Assembly (NCBI GenBank): GCA_030390025.1
Contig: CM059432.1
Span: 15,936,001-16,000,000 of the forward strand
DNA length: 64,000 nucleotides
Reading direction: 5' to 3'
Origin: Squalus acanthias
Lineage: Eukaryota
Below, piece after piece: positions 38,658-50,300 of this stretch. The stretch's first letter is position 1. Each line of letters opens with the position of its first letter. Both the position numbers and the translations under genes were made by a program. The notes under the pieces are model-generated. The model saw only the letters and a program-made list of their open reading frames with translations, searched no databases and was not told the DNA's origin.

Positions 38658-38994
38658 TTAGGTCACGCAAAAAACCTTCTGCTGACTCCGACCTTCTGAG
38701 GTGGCTCATGCGTAGAAAAAGAGAAAAGGTTTAAAATGGTCAAGACGTTCGTTAGCGTTCCGAATTCCAGTCGAGCGACAGCACGCTGCGCGAAACGAGT
38801 AGGGTGGCGAACCTCTGAAGTGATCACCTTTCAAAGCAGAGGTCTTGCAGGTAACTCGTATCGTCAGCTCAAAGCCTCAGACACAAAGGCTCCACTGTAA
38901 AATGTCCACTGTTCTCAGGGGGATCCCTGCCGTTATATTCACCAGGACTGTTTCTAGATTGTTTTATGGCCCATCACTCCCGCAGCAAGTAATC

Positions 38995-39086
38995 TCACAG
39001 TGTTCTGGGTTTAATGACCCATGTGGCATTGGGATTTAAATGGTACAAGTCTAGAATGTACGTGTTGAGGTCCAGACAGCGCTCTC
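38995..39086 (-). CDS. ARHGAP28: ARHGAP28-like terminal coding exon
   Basis: ttgcag acceptor. (G)ERCLDLNTYILDLYHLNPNATWVIKPRTL-TGA; the NP.A.WVIK family terminus. Confidence 0.93.
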
Positions 39087-39858
39087 CTGCAAAGAAGGAA
39101 AAAGCACAATGTAAATAATGAAGTGTGTAAATAGCCGCATAGAGAATTAATGTAGCTGGAATAGTACCACACATTCCAATCTGTTGGTCGCACACACAAG
39201 GTCAACTTTCACACTGGCCAGCCGGGTAAAAGATTGAACTTGTGTTTAAGTCCCCCCCCCACCCCCCACCCGGTGAAAAGTACTTCATTGGCTGTAAAGC
39301 GATTCGAGACGTCCTGAGGTTGTGAAAGGTGCTATATAAATGCAAGTTCTTTCTGTCTTTACCCATGACCCTCGACAGTGAGCGTCAGCAGGTCGTTATC
39401 CAATCGTGTAGGCCATCGCAGCCAGGTCCGATTGCTGTTAGCTCGCATATCCCGCCGGCAGGAGTCACTGAAAAGTGGATTTTCCGGGCCTACGTTCACT
39501 GCCTAGCCTGGGGAGACTGAAGCTAATTGTCATTCCACAACTGGCTGAGATCAACTAGCACAGCACAGATCAAAAGTTAGGACCTGCTGGTCTGTGAGGC
39601 GCAGTACTGCGGCAAATAGCTACTTTACTGACTGAGCCAGTAGGGGACTTTACAGTAGCTATTGTACTTTACAAAGCAAAGGAAACAAAAGGAGTATAGC
39701 AGCAGGCCATAATTTTTTTTCTGGGCAGCTAGTGAACTAAAGGTAGAAATGACACTGATAGCAATTCACACAATCAAGAAATCAAAGATCAGATTATTCA
39801 ACAATGTGTCCTTCTCTCATACGTTTCACATGATAGTAACTTTAAAAAAAAAACCTAC

Positions 39859-39923
39859 CTATGTTTCCACCGACTTCAAACAAGTAATGGCTCTGTCCAT
39901 TAAGGGGCACTGCAGAACTCGTG
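39859..39923 (-). CDS. ARHGAP28: ARHGAP28-like penultimate exon
   Basis: tcacag acceptor and gtaggt donor. (S)TSSAVPLNGQSHYLFEVGGNI(G); 65 nt, phase 2 to 1, fitting both neighbours. Confidence 0.88.
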
Positions 39924-40255
39924 CTGTGAAGGTTCAAAAAAAAAAGCACCACTTAATTTAGAATTTGTTGAGAGGTGAGAAGTGCTGAATCATTCACTGT
40001 CTTTCGTGACTGTTGCGTTTATCAAACATCAACCTGACTTGAAATTTGCTGCAGGCCATTCAGTTCTGTTTACAAACATGAAACTATTTCCTTTTTAATT
40101 TGCATTTTTTTTTAAATTTGGCGACTCACAACAATTCTTTTTGTAGCGATGAGGGCGGGGCGGGGGAACGGAGGAATTGTCTTCTGAAACATTAAGGGGC
40201 TGCACTTTATGTTGTGAACTATTGGCCGGAGGGAATACAATAAATAACATTCTAA

Positions 40256-41253
40256 TACGATAGCAAAATACTGCGGATGCTGGAAATCTGAAATAACAAC
40301 AGAAAACGCTGGAAAAACTCAGCAGGCCGGGCAGCATCCGTAGAGGAGTACCACCAAACACATCTTCCCCTCACCTCCCCTTTCAGCATTCCGCAGGGAC
40401 CGCTCCCTCCGCGACACCCTAGTCCACTCCTCTACCTCTACAGCACCCCTTCCCCTTCGCCCGGCACCTTCCCGTGCACGCGCAGGAGATGCAACACATG
40501 CCCTTACACCTCCCCTCTTCCCACTGTCCAGGGCCCCAAACACCCCTTCCAGGTGAAACAGTGATTTACTTGTACTTCCTGCAATTTAGTATACTGTATT
40601 CGCTGCTCACGATGTGGTCTCCTCTACATTGGGGAGACCAAACGCAGATTGGGTGACCGCTTTGCGGAACACCTCCGTTCAGTCCATAAGGGGGACCCCG
40701 AGCTCCCGGTGGCCTGTCACTTTAATTCACCGCTTCACTCCCACTCTGACCTCACCGTCCTCGGCCTATTACACTGTTCCACGGAAGCGCAGCGTAAGCT
40801 CGAGGAACAGCACCTCATCTTTCGTTTAGGCACGCTACAGCCCTCTGGACTCTATATCGAGTTCAACAATTTTAGATCATAACCTCAGCTCCAATCACAT
40901 TTATATTTTATTTTTTCCACCCTTTTATTTGCCCCCCCCACACCTTTTTTTTCCTCCCAGAAGCTGGCAGCTGTCCTTCATTCTGCCAGTGGATTTCACA
41001 CTTCTTTCAGCCTTAATCTGTCACATTAACACCACCTCTAGCCTTGCATATCTCTTAATGTCTCTTCATCTCCCCCTTTGTTCTTTTATCCCCTCCCCCT
41101 TTTCCCAGCTTTACTCTGGCCTTAAATCTATTTGATTTCCGGCTCTTCACAGTTCTGACGAAAGGTCATCGACCTGAAACGTTAACTCTCTTTCTCTCTC
41201 CACGGATGCTGCCCGGCCTGCTGAGTTTTTCCAGCGTTTTCTGTTGTTATTTC
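40256..41253 (+). mobile_element. Penelope-like element remnant with GIY-YIG endonuclease C-terminus and inverted termini
   Basis: YCIRCSRCGLLYIGETKRRLGDRFAEHLRSV...HFN...EQHLIFRLGTLQPSGLYIEF. Inverted ends of about 50 bp; flanking 14-bp direct repeat AAATAACATTCTAA. Confidence 0.88.
41151..41187 (+). ncRNA. Minimal type-I hammerhead ribozyme motif in Penelope pLTR
   Basis: AGUU-CUGACGA-A-AGGUC(auc)GACCU-GAAA-CGUU-AACU: intact core, stem II, palindromic ACGU stem III, and stem I AGUU/AACU. Confidence 0.7.
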
Positions 41254-42206
41254 AAATAACATTCTAAACTTGGTTAGACCACACTTGGAGCACTGGAGAA
41301 GGTGCAAAAAACGTCTCAAGGCACTTCGCAGGAGCGTTATCAAAAAAAATTTGACACCGAGCCACATAAGGAGAAATTAGGGCAGATGACCAAAAGCTTG
41401 GTCAAAGAGGTAGGTTCTGAGGAGCGTCTTAAAGGAGGAAAGAGAAATAGAGAGGCGGAGAGGTTTAGGGAGGGAATTCCAGAGCTTAGGACCTTGGTAG
41501 TTGAAGGCACGGCCGTCAATGGTTGAGCGATTATAATCAGGGATGCTCAAGAGGCCAGAATTAGAGGAGTGCAGATATCTTGGAGGGTTGAGGGGGCTGG
41601 AGGAGCTTATGAGATAGGGAAGGGCGAGGCCATGGAGGGATTTGAAAACAAGGATGAGATCTCGTCCATGTGGTCATTCTTCATATGCATACTTAAACAT
41701 CGCTAGCTATGTGACCGTAGAGCGGGAATCATTGGAACTCTGGGGAATTAATCCCATCGCTAGCCTAGCTCACGGAGACTAATCGCAATGCCCCCATCGC
41801 TGCCCCCGCTGAGATCTGCTAGCCCAGTACAGACCATGCTGAACAGAGCACAGCTCCCCAGCAATAGGGCTGATAACTGTGCAATCGGGAAATCTAGTAC
41901 ATGGAAATGTGTTCAGTAACAGATCGATACAGAAATGTAATAGGTGCAATTTATTGCTTGGGCTACAAAAATGAGTGTTTGAGTCACCAGGTGCCTAGAA
42001 CCAGTAAAATACTTTGTCTGAATTCTGTGAATTGATGTCATAACAAGTGACAATGTGTGTACTGTTCGGGAGCTGAATATTTCCTGTTATGCAAATGGTG
42101 TGGGTTATTCCTTATCTGTCTCAGGCTTGTGTCACCCAGTTATTGAAAACCTTCAAAACTTCATTCACAATAAAATTGGGTTTTCTCCTCCCCTCCAGGA
42201 ACTCAC

Positions 42207-42331
42207 CTGTTTTCACAGTGAAACCGAGCCAGAATATCACTTGCTTTTGTCTCATTGTCCAACTGAATGGCCATGGAAACCTTTGATAGCCGAGTGGCAT
42301 AAACGCGGATAACTCCCTCTGGTATGTCCGA
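42207..42331 (-). CDS. ARHGAP28: ARHGAP28-like C-terminal domain exon
   Basis: tttacag acceptor and gtgagt donor. SDIPEGVIRVYATRLSKVSMAIQLDNETKASDILARFHCEN; 125 nt. Confidence 0.93.
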
Positions 42332-42493
42332 CTGTAAAGGGAAAAAATAAAAATCATTTAAAATTTCATACACAGCTATTTTCTCAAATAAGGAATTCTT
42401 GCTTCTTTATATAAACTGACAGCATTCGCTCAGAATTGTATGCTGGTTATATTTGCTTAACTACTAGAGTGCCAGCTTGGCCTTAAACTAATA

Positions 42494-43100
42494 GTCATAG
42501 AATATAAAAGCAGAGAGATCATGCTCGAACTTTATAAATCACTGGTTAGGCCTCAGCTGGAGTATTGGGGACAATTCTGGGCCCCACACTTCAGGAAAGA
42601 TGTAAAGGCCTTAGAAAGGGCACAGAGGAGGTTTACCAGGATGTTACCAGGGATGAGGGACTTCAGTTATGAGGCGAGGTTGGAAAAGTTGGGACTGTTC
42701 TCCTTGGAACAGAGAAGGTTAAGAGGTGACCTAATAGAAGTTTTCAAGATGATGAGGGGTTTTGATACAGTAGATAGAGAAAGGCCGTTCCCTCTGGCGA
42801 GTGGGTCAATGACCAGAGGTCATAGATTTAAAATCATTGTCAAAACATCTAATGGGGAGATGAGAATTTTTTTCACTCAGAGTTGTCGGGATCTGGAACG
42901 CTCTACCTGAAATGGTGGTGGAAGCTGATTCCATAAATAATTTTTTTTTTAAAAAGAGAGTTGGACAGGTACTTGAGGATGAGGAACTTACACACAGTTA
43001 CGGACAAAAAGCAGGAGTGTGGGTCTAAGCACGACTGCTCTTTCAAAGAGCCAGCACAGGCACGGCGGGCCGAATGGCCTCCTTCTGTGCTGTAAGTTTC
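42494..43100 (+). mobile_element. CR1 3' fragment
   Basis: LYKSLVRPQLEY...RRLRGDLIE ORF. Confidence 0.85.
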
Positions 43101-43152
43101 TATAGAAGAAAGAGGAATATTGGCCAGCCAATGGCAAGGCATAGGAGTGTAC

Positions 43153-43383
43153 CTGTAAACTGTGCCCCAGAGTGGTAGGACTTGAGTTCACACCTGGGAC
43201 GTCCCACAAGGCAGGCTCCTGGTTTCGGTTGCGCCCTCGGGGAGAGGCACCAGGTGGGGGTGAGCAGTTTCCCCTGAGGGCAGGAGGGAAAAAAAATGGA
43301 GTAGTCAGCCACGGCACTTTGCTCCGTCTTCTGTTCTCGCTTTCATTCATCTTCCGCACCTGAGCAATCATAAAGGACGGAAT
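43153..43383 (-). CDS. ARHGAP28: ARHGAP28-like post-GAP linker exon (3' boundary uncertain)
   Basis: acacag acceptor. IPSFMIAQVRKMNE matches the family. The frame stays open to CAG|gtacac (231 nt, phase 0, compatible with the next exon). A weaker in-frame donor lies after 43318. Confidence 0.7.
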
Positions 43384-43824
43384 CTGTGTAAGAGGAGAGA
43401 AAGGCCACAGTTATCATCGGTGTAAAACATATTGGCCCAGATTCTGCTGTCAAAATAACGGTGAGGTTAATGGCGCTCGCTGTTATTTGTGCACAATTGG
43501 TACGGCAGCTTCAGGCGAGGGGCAGATGGCACGGTTAAACTCGAATAGCAAAAAAGTTGCTGTCAGAGTTGCATCGCTCCGCCGATAGCTTCGCAAACAC
43601 GGCATCTCACCGACTGCCTCACCGTTGAAATGCATTGAACGGCGTGAAGTTGCTGTACTTGCACAGTAGATACGAACTAAACTCACCACAAAAAGGTAAG
43701 TCTTGTCCATTCCAGTCTAAGTACCCTCTTAACAACGTGACAAGTGTTAATTACTGCCAAACAACCTCTCTGGCACTGAGAATTAACTTTTACAAGTGTG
43801 GAGTCTCATTCCCTCAGCATTTAA

Positions 43825-45840
43825 TTCAAGAAAGGAGGGAGACAGAAAGCAGGAAACTATAGGCCGGTTAGCCTAACATCGGTCATTGGGAAAATGCTGG
43901 AATCCATTATTAAGGGAGTAGTAGCAGGGCATTTAGAAAATCATAATGCAATCAGGCAGAGTCAGCATGGTTTTATGAAAGGGAAATCGTGTTTGACAAA
44001 TTTATTAGAGTTCTTTGAGGATGTAACGAGCAGGGTGGATCAAGGGGAACCAGTAGATGTAGTGTGTTTGGATTTCCAAAAGGCATTCGATAAGGTGCCA
44101 CATAAAAGGTAAGATAAGTGCTCACGGTGTTGGGGGGAATATATTAGCATGGATAGAGGATTGGCTAACTAACAAAAAAGAGAGAGTCGGGATAAATGAG
44201 TCATTTTCGGGTTGGCAAACTGTAACTAGTGGGGTGCCACAGGGATCAGTGCTGGGGCCTCAACTATTTACAATCTATATTAATGACTTAGATGAAGGGA
44301 ACGAGTGTACTGTAGCCAAATTTGCTAACGACACAAAGATAGGTGGGAAAGCAAGTTGTGAGAAGGACACAAAGGCCGGAATTTTGCCGGCGCTCAGGGG
44401 GGCGGGACATCCGGCAAAATCGCAAAGATTGACAGCAGGTCGGAAACCCGCCGTCAACCCGCCTCCAATCAATTTTCCCAAGTGTCGGGTCCCCAATTTG
44501 CGCATGGACCCGACACCTAGCGGCGGGAAGAGGATTATAGCCACTTAACTGCTTGTTAACAGGTTGTTAACAGGCAGTTAACAGGCTTTTTCCAATTTTG
44601 ACACTTCTACTGTGGGCTTCCCGACGTCCAGACACCACGCCAGGTAAGTGTGGCGTGTTGTGAGTCTGCTGTAATGTTTATGCATTGATGACAACTGCAG
44701 AAGTGGTGTGAAGAATCCAGTGGTGCACTGGTGCGTTTCAGAGGTAAGAAAATGTTGGGAAATTCATTTTTAATGCATTTAGACTTTTCTGTAGGTAACA
44801 AGTTTTGATTTGTATGTGTAGTCCCACCACATTGGGAGAACCTCTCTCACCATTGACAGATCGCTTCTATAACCTCACCTGCAGCTGCCATCTGTTTTAG
44901 CCTAAGGAGGGAGTTACTGGTGAGCCTGGGTGCAAGAGCTCACCTTTGTACAGTGATTGTCAGTGTTTGCAGGACCTCAATGCTGTCAAACACTGAGAAA
45001 TCAGCTGTAAAAAAAAATATGCGTGGCCCCTTTAAGAAAACCGGCAGATGACGCGTTATCAAATGACGTCATCTGACACCGGCTTCCTCCTAATTGGCTG
45101 GCAAGCCCACAGGGCGGTCTTAACAAGCCAATTGACATAAAATCACGTCCGTGGGCCAGATGTCGTTGGGGGCGGGACTGAAACCCGGAGGCCACCTGAC
45201 CTGCTCCCAAGCAGCATCGATCGATAAAATCGCGGCCAAAGAGTCTGCAAAGAGATATAGATAGGTTAAGTGAGTGGGAAAAGATTTGGCAGATGGAGTA
45301 GAATGTGAGAAAATGTGAGGTTATCCACTTTGGTAGGAAGAATAGAAAAGCAAAATATTATTTAAATGGAGAGAGACTACAGAATGCTGCAGTACAGAGG
45401 GATCGGGGTGTCCTCATAAATGAAACACAAAAAGTTAGCATGCAGGTACAGCAAGTAATTAGGAAGGCAAATGGAATGTTGGCCTTTATTGTAAGGGGGA
45501 TGGAGTATAAAAGTAGAGAAGTCTTGCTACAACTGTACAGGGCTTTGATGAGACCACACCTGGAATACTTCGTACATATTTGGTCACCTTATTTAAGGAA
45601 GGGTATACTTGCATTGGAGGCAGTTCAGAAAAGGTTCACTAGGTTGATTCCTGAGATGAAAGGGTTGTCTTATGAGGAAAGGTTAAGCAGGTTGGGCCTA
45701 TATACTCATTGGAGTTTAGAAGAATGAGAGGTGATCTTATTGAAACATATAAGATGCTGAGAGGGCTCGACAAGGTAGATGCAGAGAGGATGTTTCCTCT
45801 CGTGGGGGAATCTAGAACTAGGGGGCATAGTTTTAGGATC
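43825..45840 (+). mobile_element. CR1 RT fragment split by a MITE
   Basis: QHGFMKGKSCLTNLLEFF, PQGSVLGP and later CR1 peptides; interrupted at 44374-45237. Confidence 0.88.
44374..45237. mobile_element. Harbinger-like non-autonomous DNA transposon (MITE)
   Basis: TIRs GGCCGGAATTTT / AAAATCGCGGCC; 3-bp TSD AAA; the host CR1 rejoins cleanly after removal. Confidence 0.8.
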
Positions 45841-46040
45841 AGTTGCTGGCAGCAGCACCCCGGAGAATAGTCTTTAATTCCTGGACGCTCCAGGGCAATC
45901 CTGGAGGCTTGGCAACCCGACCAGGAGTCCACCCGACTAGAGCTGGCAACACTATTACTGATTGCTATTTAAATCCTCGGCCTACTTGAAAAAGGCATGA
46001 AAGGTCAGTGAAATGTGCTGTGTGTTGTAGGTTCACTCAC

Positions 46041-46238
46041 GGTCCACAGGATGTCCTGGTATTTGATAAGCAATTGTACGATATTGGCCGCTTTGGTGGC
46101 TGCCTCTGCCTCTTGATGGTTTCCGCTTCTCCCTTTACACATGAAGAGGTTTGGTGCAACAATCATGGAGACATTCCACAGGCTCATTCTGTTTTTGGCC
46201 TCATTTGCCACGACTTTGCTGAGATATTCCAAGAAAGC
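46041..46238 (-). CDS. ARHGAP28: RhoGAP ARHGAP28-like, GAP-domain C-terminal exon
   Basis: ccccag acceptor and gtgagt donor. AFLEYLSKVVANEAKNRMSLWNVSMIVAPNLF...LLIKYQDILWT; 198 nt. Confidence 0.93.
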
Positions 46239-47700
46239 CTGGGGTGGGGGGTGGTGAGAGAGGAGGTTGGAGGAGGAATGGGTGGTGAGGGAAGAAGAGA
46301 TTCAATTCAGTTGTAATGTACCTTCTTTCAGCATTTCACTTCTTGCTTATTTCATACAAGAAAGAGATTCTGTTGGCATTCCTCACTTACCCACATTTTT
46401 TTTTTTATATAGAGGATTTATGGCCCTAAGGGATCTGGGTCCTATTTTGCTCCCACTATTCATAAACAATATGGAAGGAGTATGTCTTGTACAATATTAG
46501 AACATTGGTTTATGTCATCAAACTATATGCTCCGATTAAGGGATTTGGACCAATTATGTGAATGAGCTACGGAATGGCAAATGAATTTTAATGTGGATAT
46601 AAATTTAAGGTAGTGCAAAATCCTCTCTCTCTGACTCTTACCACGCAGTTTATTCCAATCAGAATCTCATTCTACTTTCTAATATCAAGCTACTTTTCAA
46701 TCCAGCCAACTAATTAGATTTTCTTAAAATTTGCCGATATAAAGAATCTAGGTTTTGCTCCAGATAACCTGAAGGAACTTTGCAGTTCCAAACACATCAA
46801 TCCAATTAGGCGTGAGAATCATAGAATCTTGCAGCACAGGAGGAGGTCATTCGGCCCGTTGTGCCTGTACCGGCTCTATGGAAGGGCTATCCAATTAGTC
46901 CCACTCAACCTGCTCTTTCCCCCTATCAGAGGTTTCCACAGGTGTCCGAAGGGTTGAAACCAAAACAGAAGAGGACCATCAATCCCCAGCGGTGCCGGAA
47001 TTCGTGAGTTGAAAGATCTGTACATTGGGATTGCTGCTGACGGAGTGAGGTGAGTGACGATGTATATAACTGCCGGCCCTTTTTTTATTATTGTCAGTGA
47101 GGTGTTTGGCTGCACAGGTCCTTCACCTCACACAATCAGCCACAATCCCAATGCAAAATGCACTAATCAGCAGCCGGGCGGGGAGAAGGGGGGGTTGGGT
47201 GGGGGGCAGGGCTTGGTGTAGGAGCCCTTTTTGGTGAATCCATTAGTAAAAGTGGAAAAGAAAAAGGATCTAGATGTAATTAATGACCTTTCACTGAAAA
47301 TAACCAGTTAGTGGAAAATTATCAACAAAGCTAATAATATACACGGATGTACATCTCACGGATATCTCACTGAGTTTAAACAAGTTATTCTAATCACGTG
47401 TATCAAACCTCGTGCATATCTGTTACAAAAGCAAAATACTGCGGATGCTGGAAATCTGAAATAAAAACAGAAAATGCTGGAAATACTCAGGCAGCACCTG
47501 TGGAGATGCTACCTGACCTGCTGAGTATTTCCAGCATTTTCTGTTTTTACTTTGTGCAACATCTAACCTCCTGCAACATCTAACCTCCCGTATTTCACTG
47601 AAGACACACTTGGAATATTTTGGGCGCTCTAAAGATCCTGATATATTCCACTGTTCACTATACAGCTTGACCCGATTCTTTCCCTTTCAGTCACACGTAC

Positions 47701-47783
47701 CTTGATAGTGTCTCTGTTGGGGTCAGGCAGTAACATGATGATAAGATGTAGAGCCTGTAACTGCAACTTGGTCGCTGAGATAT
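47701..47783 (-). CDS. ARHGAP28: RhoGAP ARHGAP28-like, GAP-domain exon
   Basis: tttcag acceptor and gtacgt donor. (N)ISATKLQLQALHLIIMLLPDPNRDTIK; 83 nt, phase 1 to 0. Confidence 0.92.
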
Positions 47784-49304
47784 CTGAAACCAAAACAAAG
47801 ACTGTTGTTAAGTTGCAAAATCTCATCCTCCGTAAAAACAGAAAAGGACAATTGCTCGGACTTTTTCTTTTGGATGAGACGTTAAACCGAGGCCCCGTCT
47901 GCCCGTTCAGGTGTGTGTAAAAGATTCTCTGGCACTATTTTGAAGAAGAACAGGGGAATTATCCTCCGTGTCCTGGCCAATATTTATCCCTCAACCAAGA
48001 CCTAAAAGCAAATTACCTGGTCATGATCACATTTCTGTTTGTGGGAGCTTGCTGTGCGCCAATTAGCTGCCGCATTTCCTACATTTCAACAGTGACTACA
48101 TTTCAAAAAGTACGTCATTGGCTGTAAAGCGCTTTGGGACATTCCGAGGTCATAAAAGGTGCGATATAAATGCAAATCTTTCTTTCTTTCTAGGAAATAG
48201 CAAATTTCTGGACATCAGGGTTAACCGATGCTCCGTCAGCACCTGCTGTCCCATAATAGAAACATAGACATAGAAACATAGAAACTAGGAGCAGGAGTAG
48301 GCCATTCGGCCCGTCGAGCCTGCTCCACCATTCAATACGATCATGGCTGATCATCCAAATCCAGTACCCTGTCCCTGCCCCCTCACACAGAATCCCCATC
48401 GAGCCTGCACCAACACATATCCCACCCTATCCCCGTAACCCCACGTATTTAATTCCCCCTAACATATCCCATCCTATCCCTGTAACCCCACATATTTAAT
48501 CCCCCCCTAACACTAAGGGTCAATTTATCATAGCCAAATCACCTAACCCGCACATAATGTTCCACCCTTAAGTGTGGGGTTCTGGTGTAGCATTAATATA
48601 TATAATAATGCATTTTTTTCACAGTGAAATATCCAGCAATTTAAGAAATAACTTAAATTTACATGATAAACCTTACTATCTCTCACAGGGAATCCTGCAG
48701 AATTTTCATCCCTCATAGTAGTAGATTGATATTACTACACTTACTTGAATGAATTAAAATTATTTAAAAAATGCTTGATTTTTTTTCTATAAGACACAGA
48801 ATTTTGCAAGGCTTGATTTCTCCAAGAATAACAAATAGTGACTATCTATCTATAACTTTACAAAGTCTGTTCAATATTCTTTTAAAAATTTGTTCTCAAG
48901 GATGTGAGTGATTACCTATCCCTTGTAGTGATTATTTATAGTAGCTTGGATTCGAGTCGCATGTAGGCCAGACTGGGTAGGGGTGACATTCCCTTCCCTC
49001 AAGGGCAATAGTGAAGCAGGTAGGCATTTTACGATAGATATCTAGTGCTCACATTATCGTAAAATGCCCACCTGCTTCAAGGCGTCTCGTCCAGTACTAA
49101 AAGCAATACACTAATGTACCTTTGGGAAGTGACGTTAAAACCATCGATGGAAATGAATGCAAGAAACACATTCTAGAGGAGAATTCACCACATGTGTGTG
49201 CATGTGTTATTTAGAGGATTGAATGGAGTCTGAATATGAATACACACATTTGGAAGCAGAAAAAGTGTGCAGTAATACATATCATTTCCTGACTAACAGG
49301 AAAA

Positions 49305-49770
49305 AGAAATAACTTGCATTTATATAGCGCCTTTCATGACCTCAGGACGTCCCAAAGCACTCTTACAGCCAATGAAGTACTTTTTGAAGTGTAGTCACTG
49401 TTATAATGTAGGAAACGCGGCAACCAATTTGCACACAGCAAGCTCCCACAAACAGCAATGTGATAATGACCAGATAATCTGTTTTAGTGATGTTGGTTGA
49501 GGGATAAATATTGGCCAGGATACCGGGGATAACTCTCCAGCTCTTCTTTGAAATAGTGCCATGGGATCTTTTACGCTCTCCTGAGACGGTAGACGGGGCC
49601 TCGGTTTAATGTCTCACCCGAAAGATGGCACCTCCGACAGTGCAGCACTCCCTCAGCATTGTACTGGAGTGACAGCCTAGATTTCTGTGCTCAAGTCTCT
49701 GGAGTGGGACTTGAACCCACAACCTTCTGACTCAGAGGAAAGAGTCCTGCCCACTGAGCCACAGCTGACT
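49305..49770 (-). mobile_element. Full-length Deu-domain SINE
   Basis: Same family as 30053-30512. Confidence 0.8.
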
Positions 49771-50140
49771 AGAAGGGGGAAATGGCTTCAAGTCCTGGAG
49801 CTATTTGGTCACTCAAATCTGCTGGCCCCCAATCAGAAGAATTACACCGGTGTTTGGCTGGGATTTTGTCAGATGGAACGCCAGGCGAAAGCACAGCCGG
49901 GGAGGGGCGGGGCGGGGTGGCACATAACATTATGCCTCCAGCTCGCAGACTACAGAGAAGCACTGATAGCACCAATGGCAAAGTCCAAAATGCAGACTAT
50001 TTCTCGCTCCAGGCTGGGGGGGAGAATGCTCATGCATGGGCACTGCTGCAAGGACAGATACACACACAAAAAAAACCAAGAAGATAAAAGTAAAACAAAA
50101 GAAAAGAAAGCGCAAAAAAAATATTTAGGTAACCACATAC

Positions 50141-50300
50141 TTTGCACAGCTACAAAGGCAGGGAGATACTCCACAGTGAGCAACGGGTAGGGCAGCTCCC
50201 GAATGAAGGTCTTCAGCAGGCACGCTACATCATTGTGATGGATTTGGTCCCAGTCAAAGGTGTCGTTGTAAAATTTTGCCTCCAGCTCTTGCCGATAATT
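50141..50300 (-). CDS. ARHGAP28: RhoGAP ARHGAP28-like, GAP-domain exon
   Basis: ccacag acceptor and gtatgt donor. NYRQELEAKFYNDTFDWDQIHHNDVACLLKTFIRELPYPLLTVEYLPAFVAVQ; LK.F.RELP RhoGAP motif; 160 nt. Confidence 0.92.
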
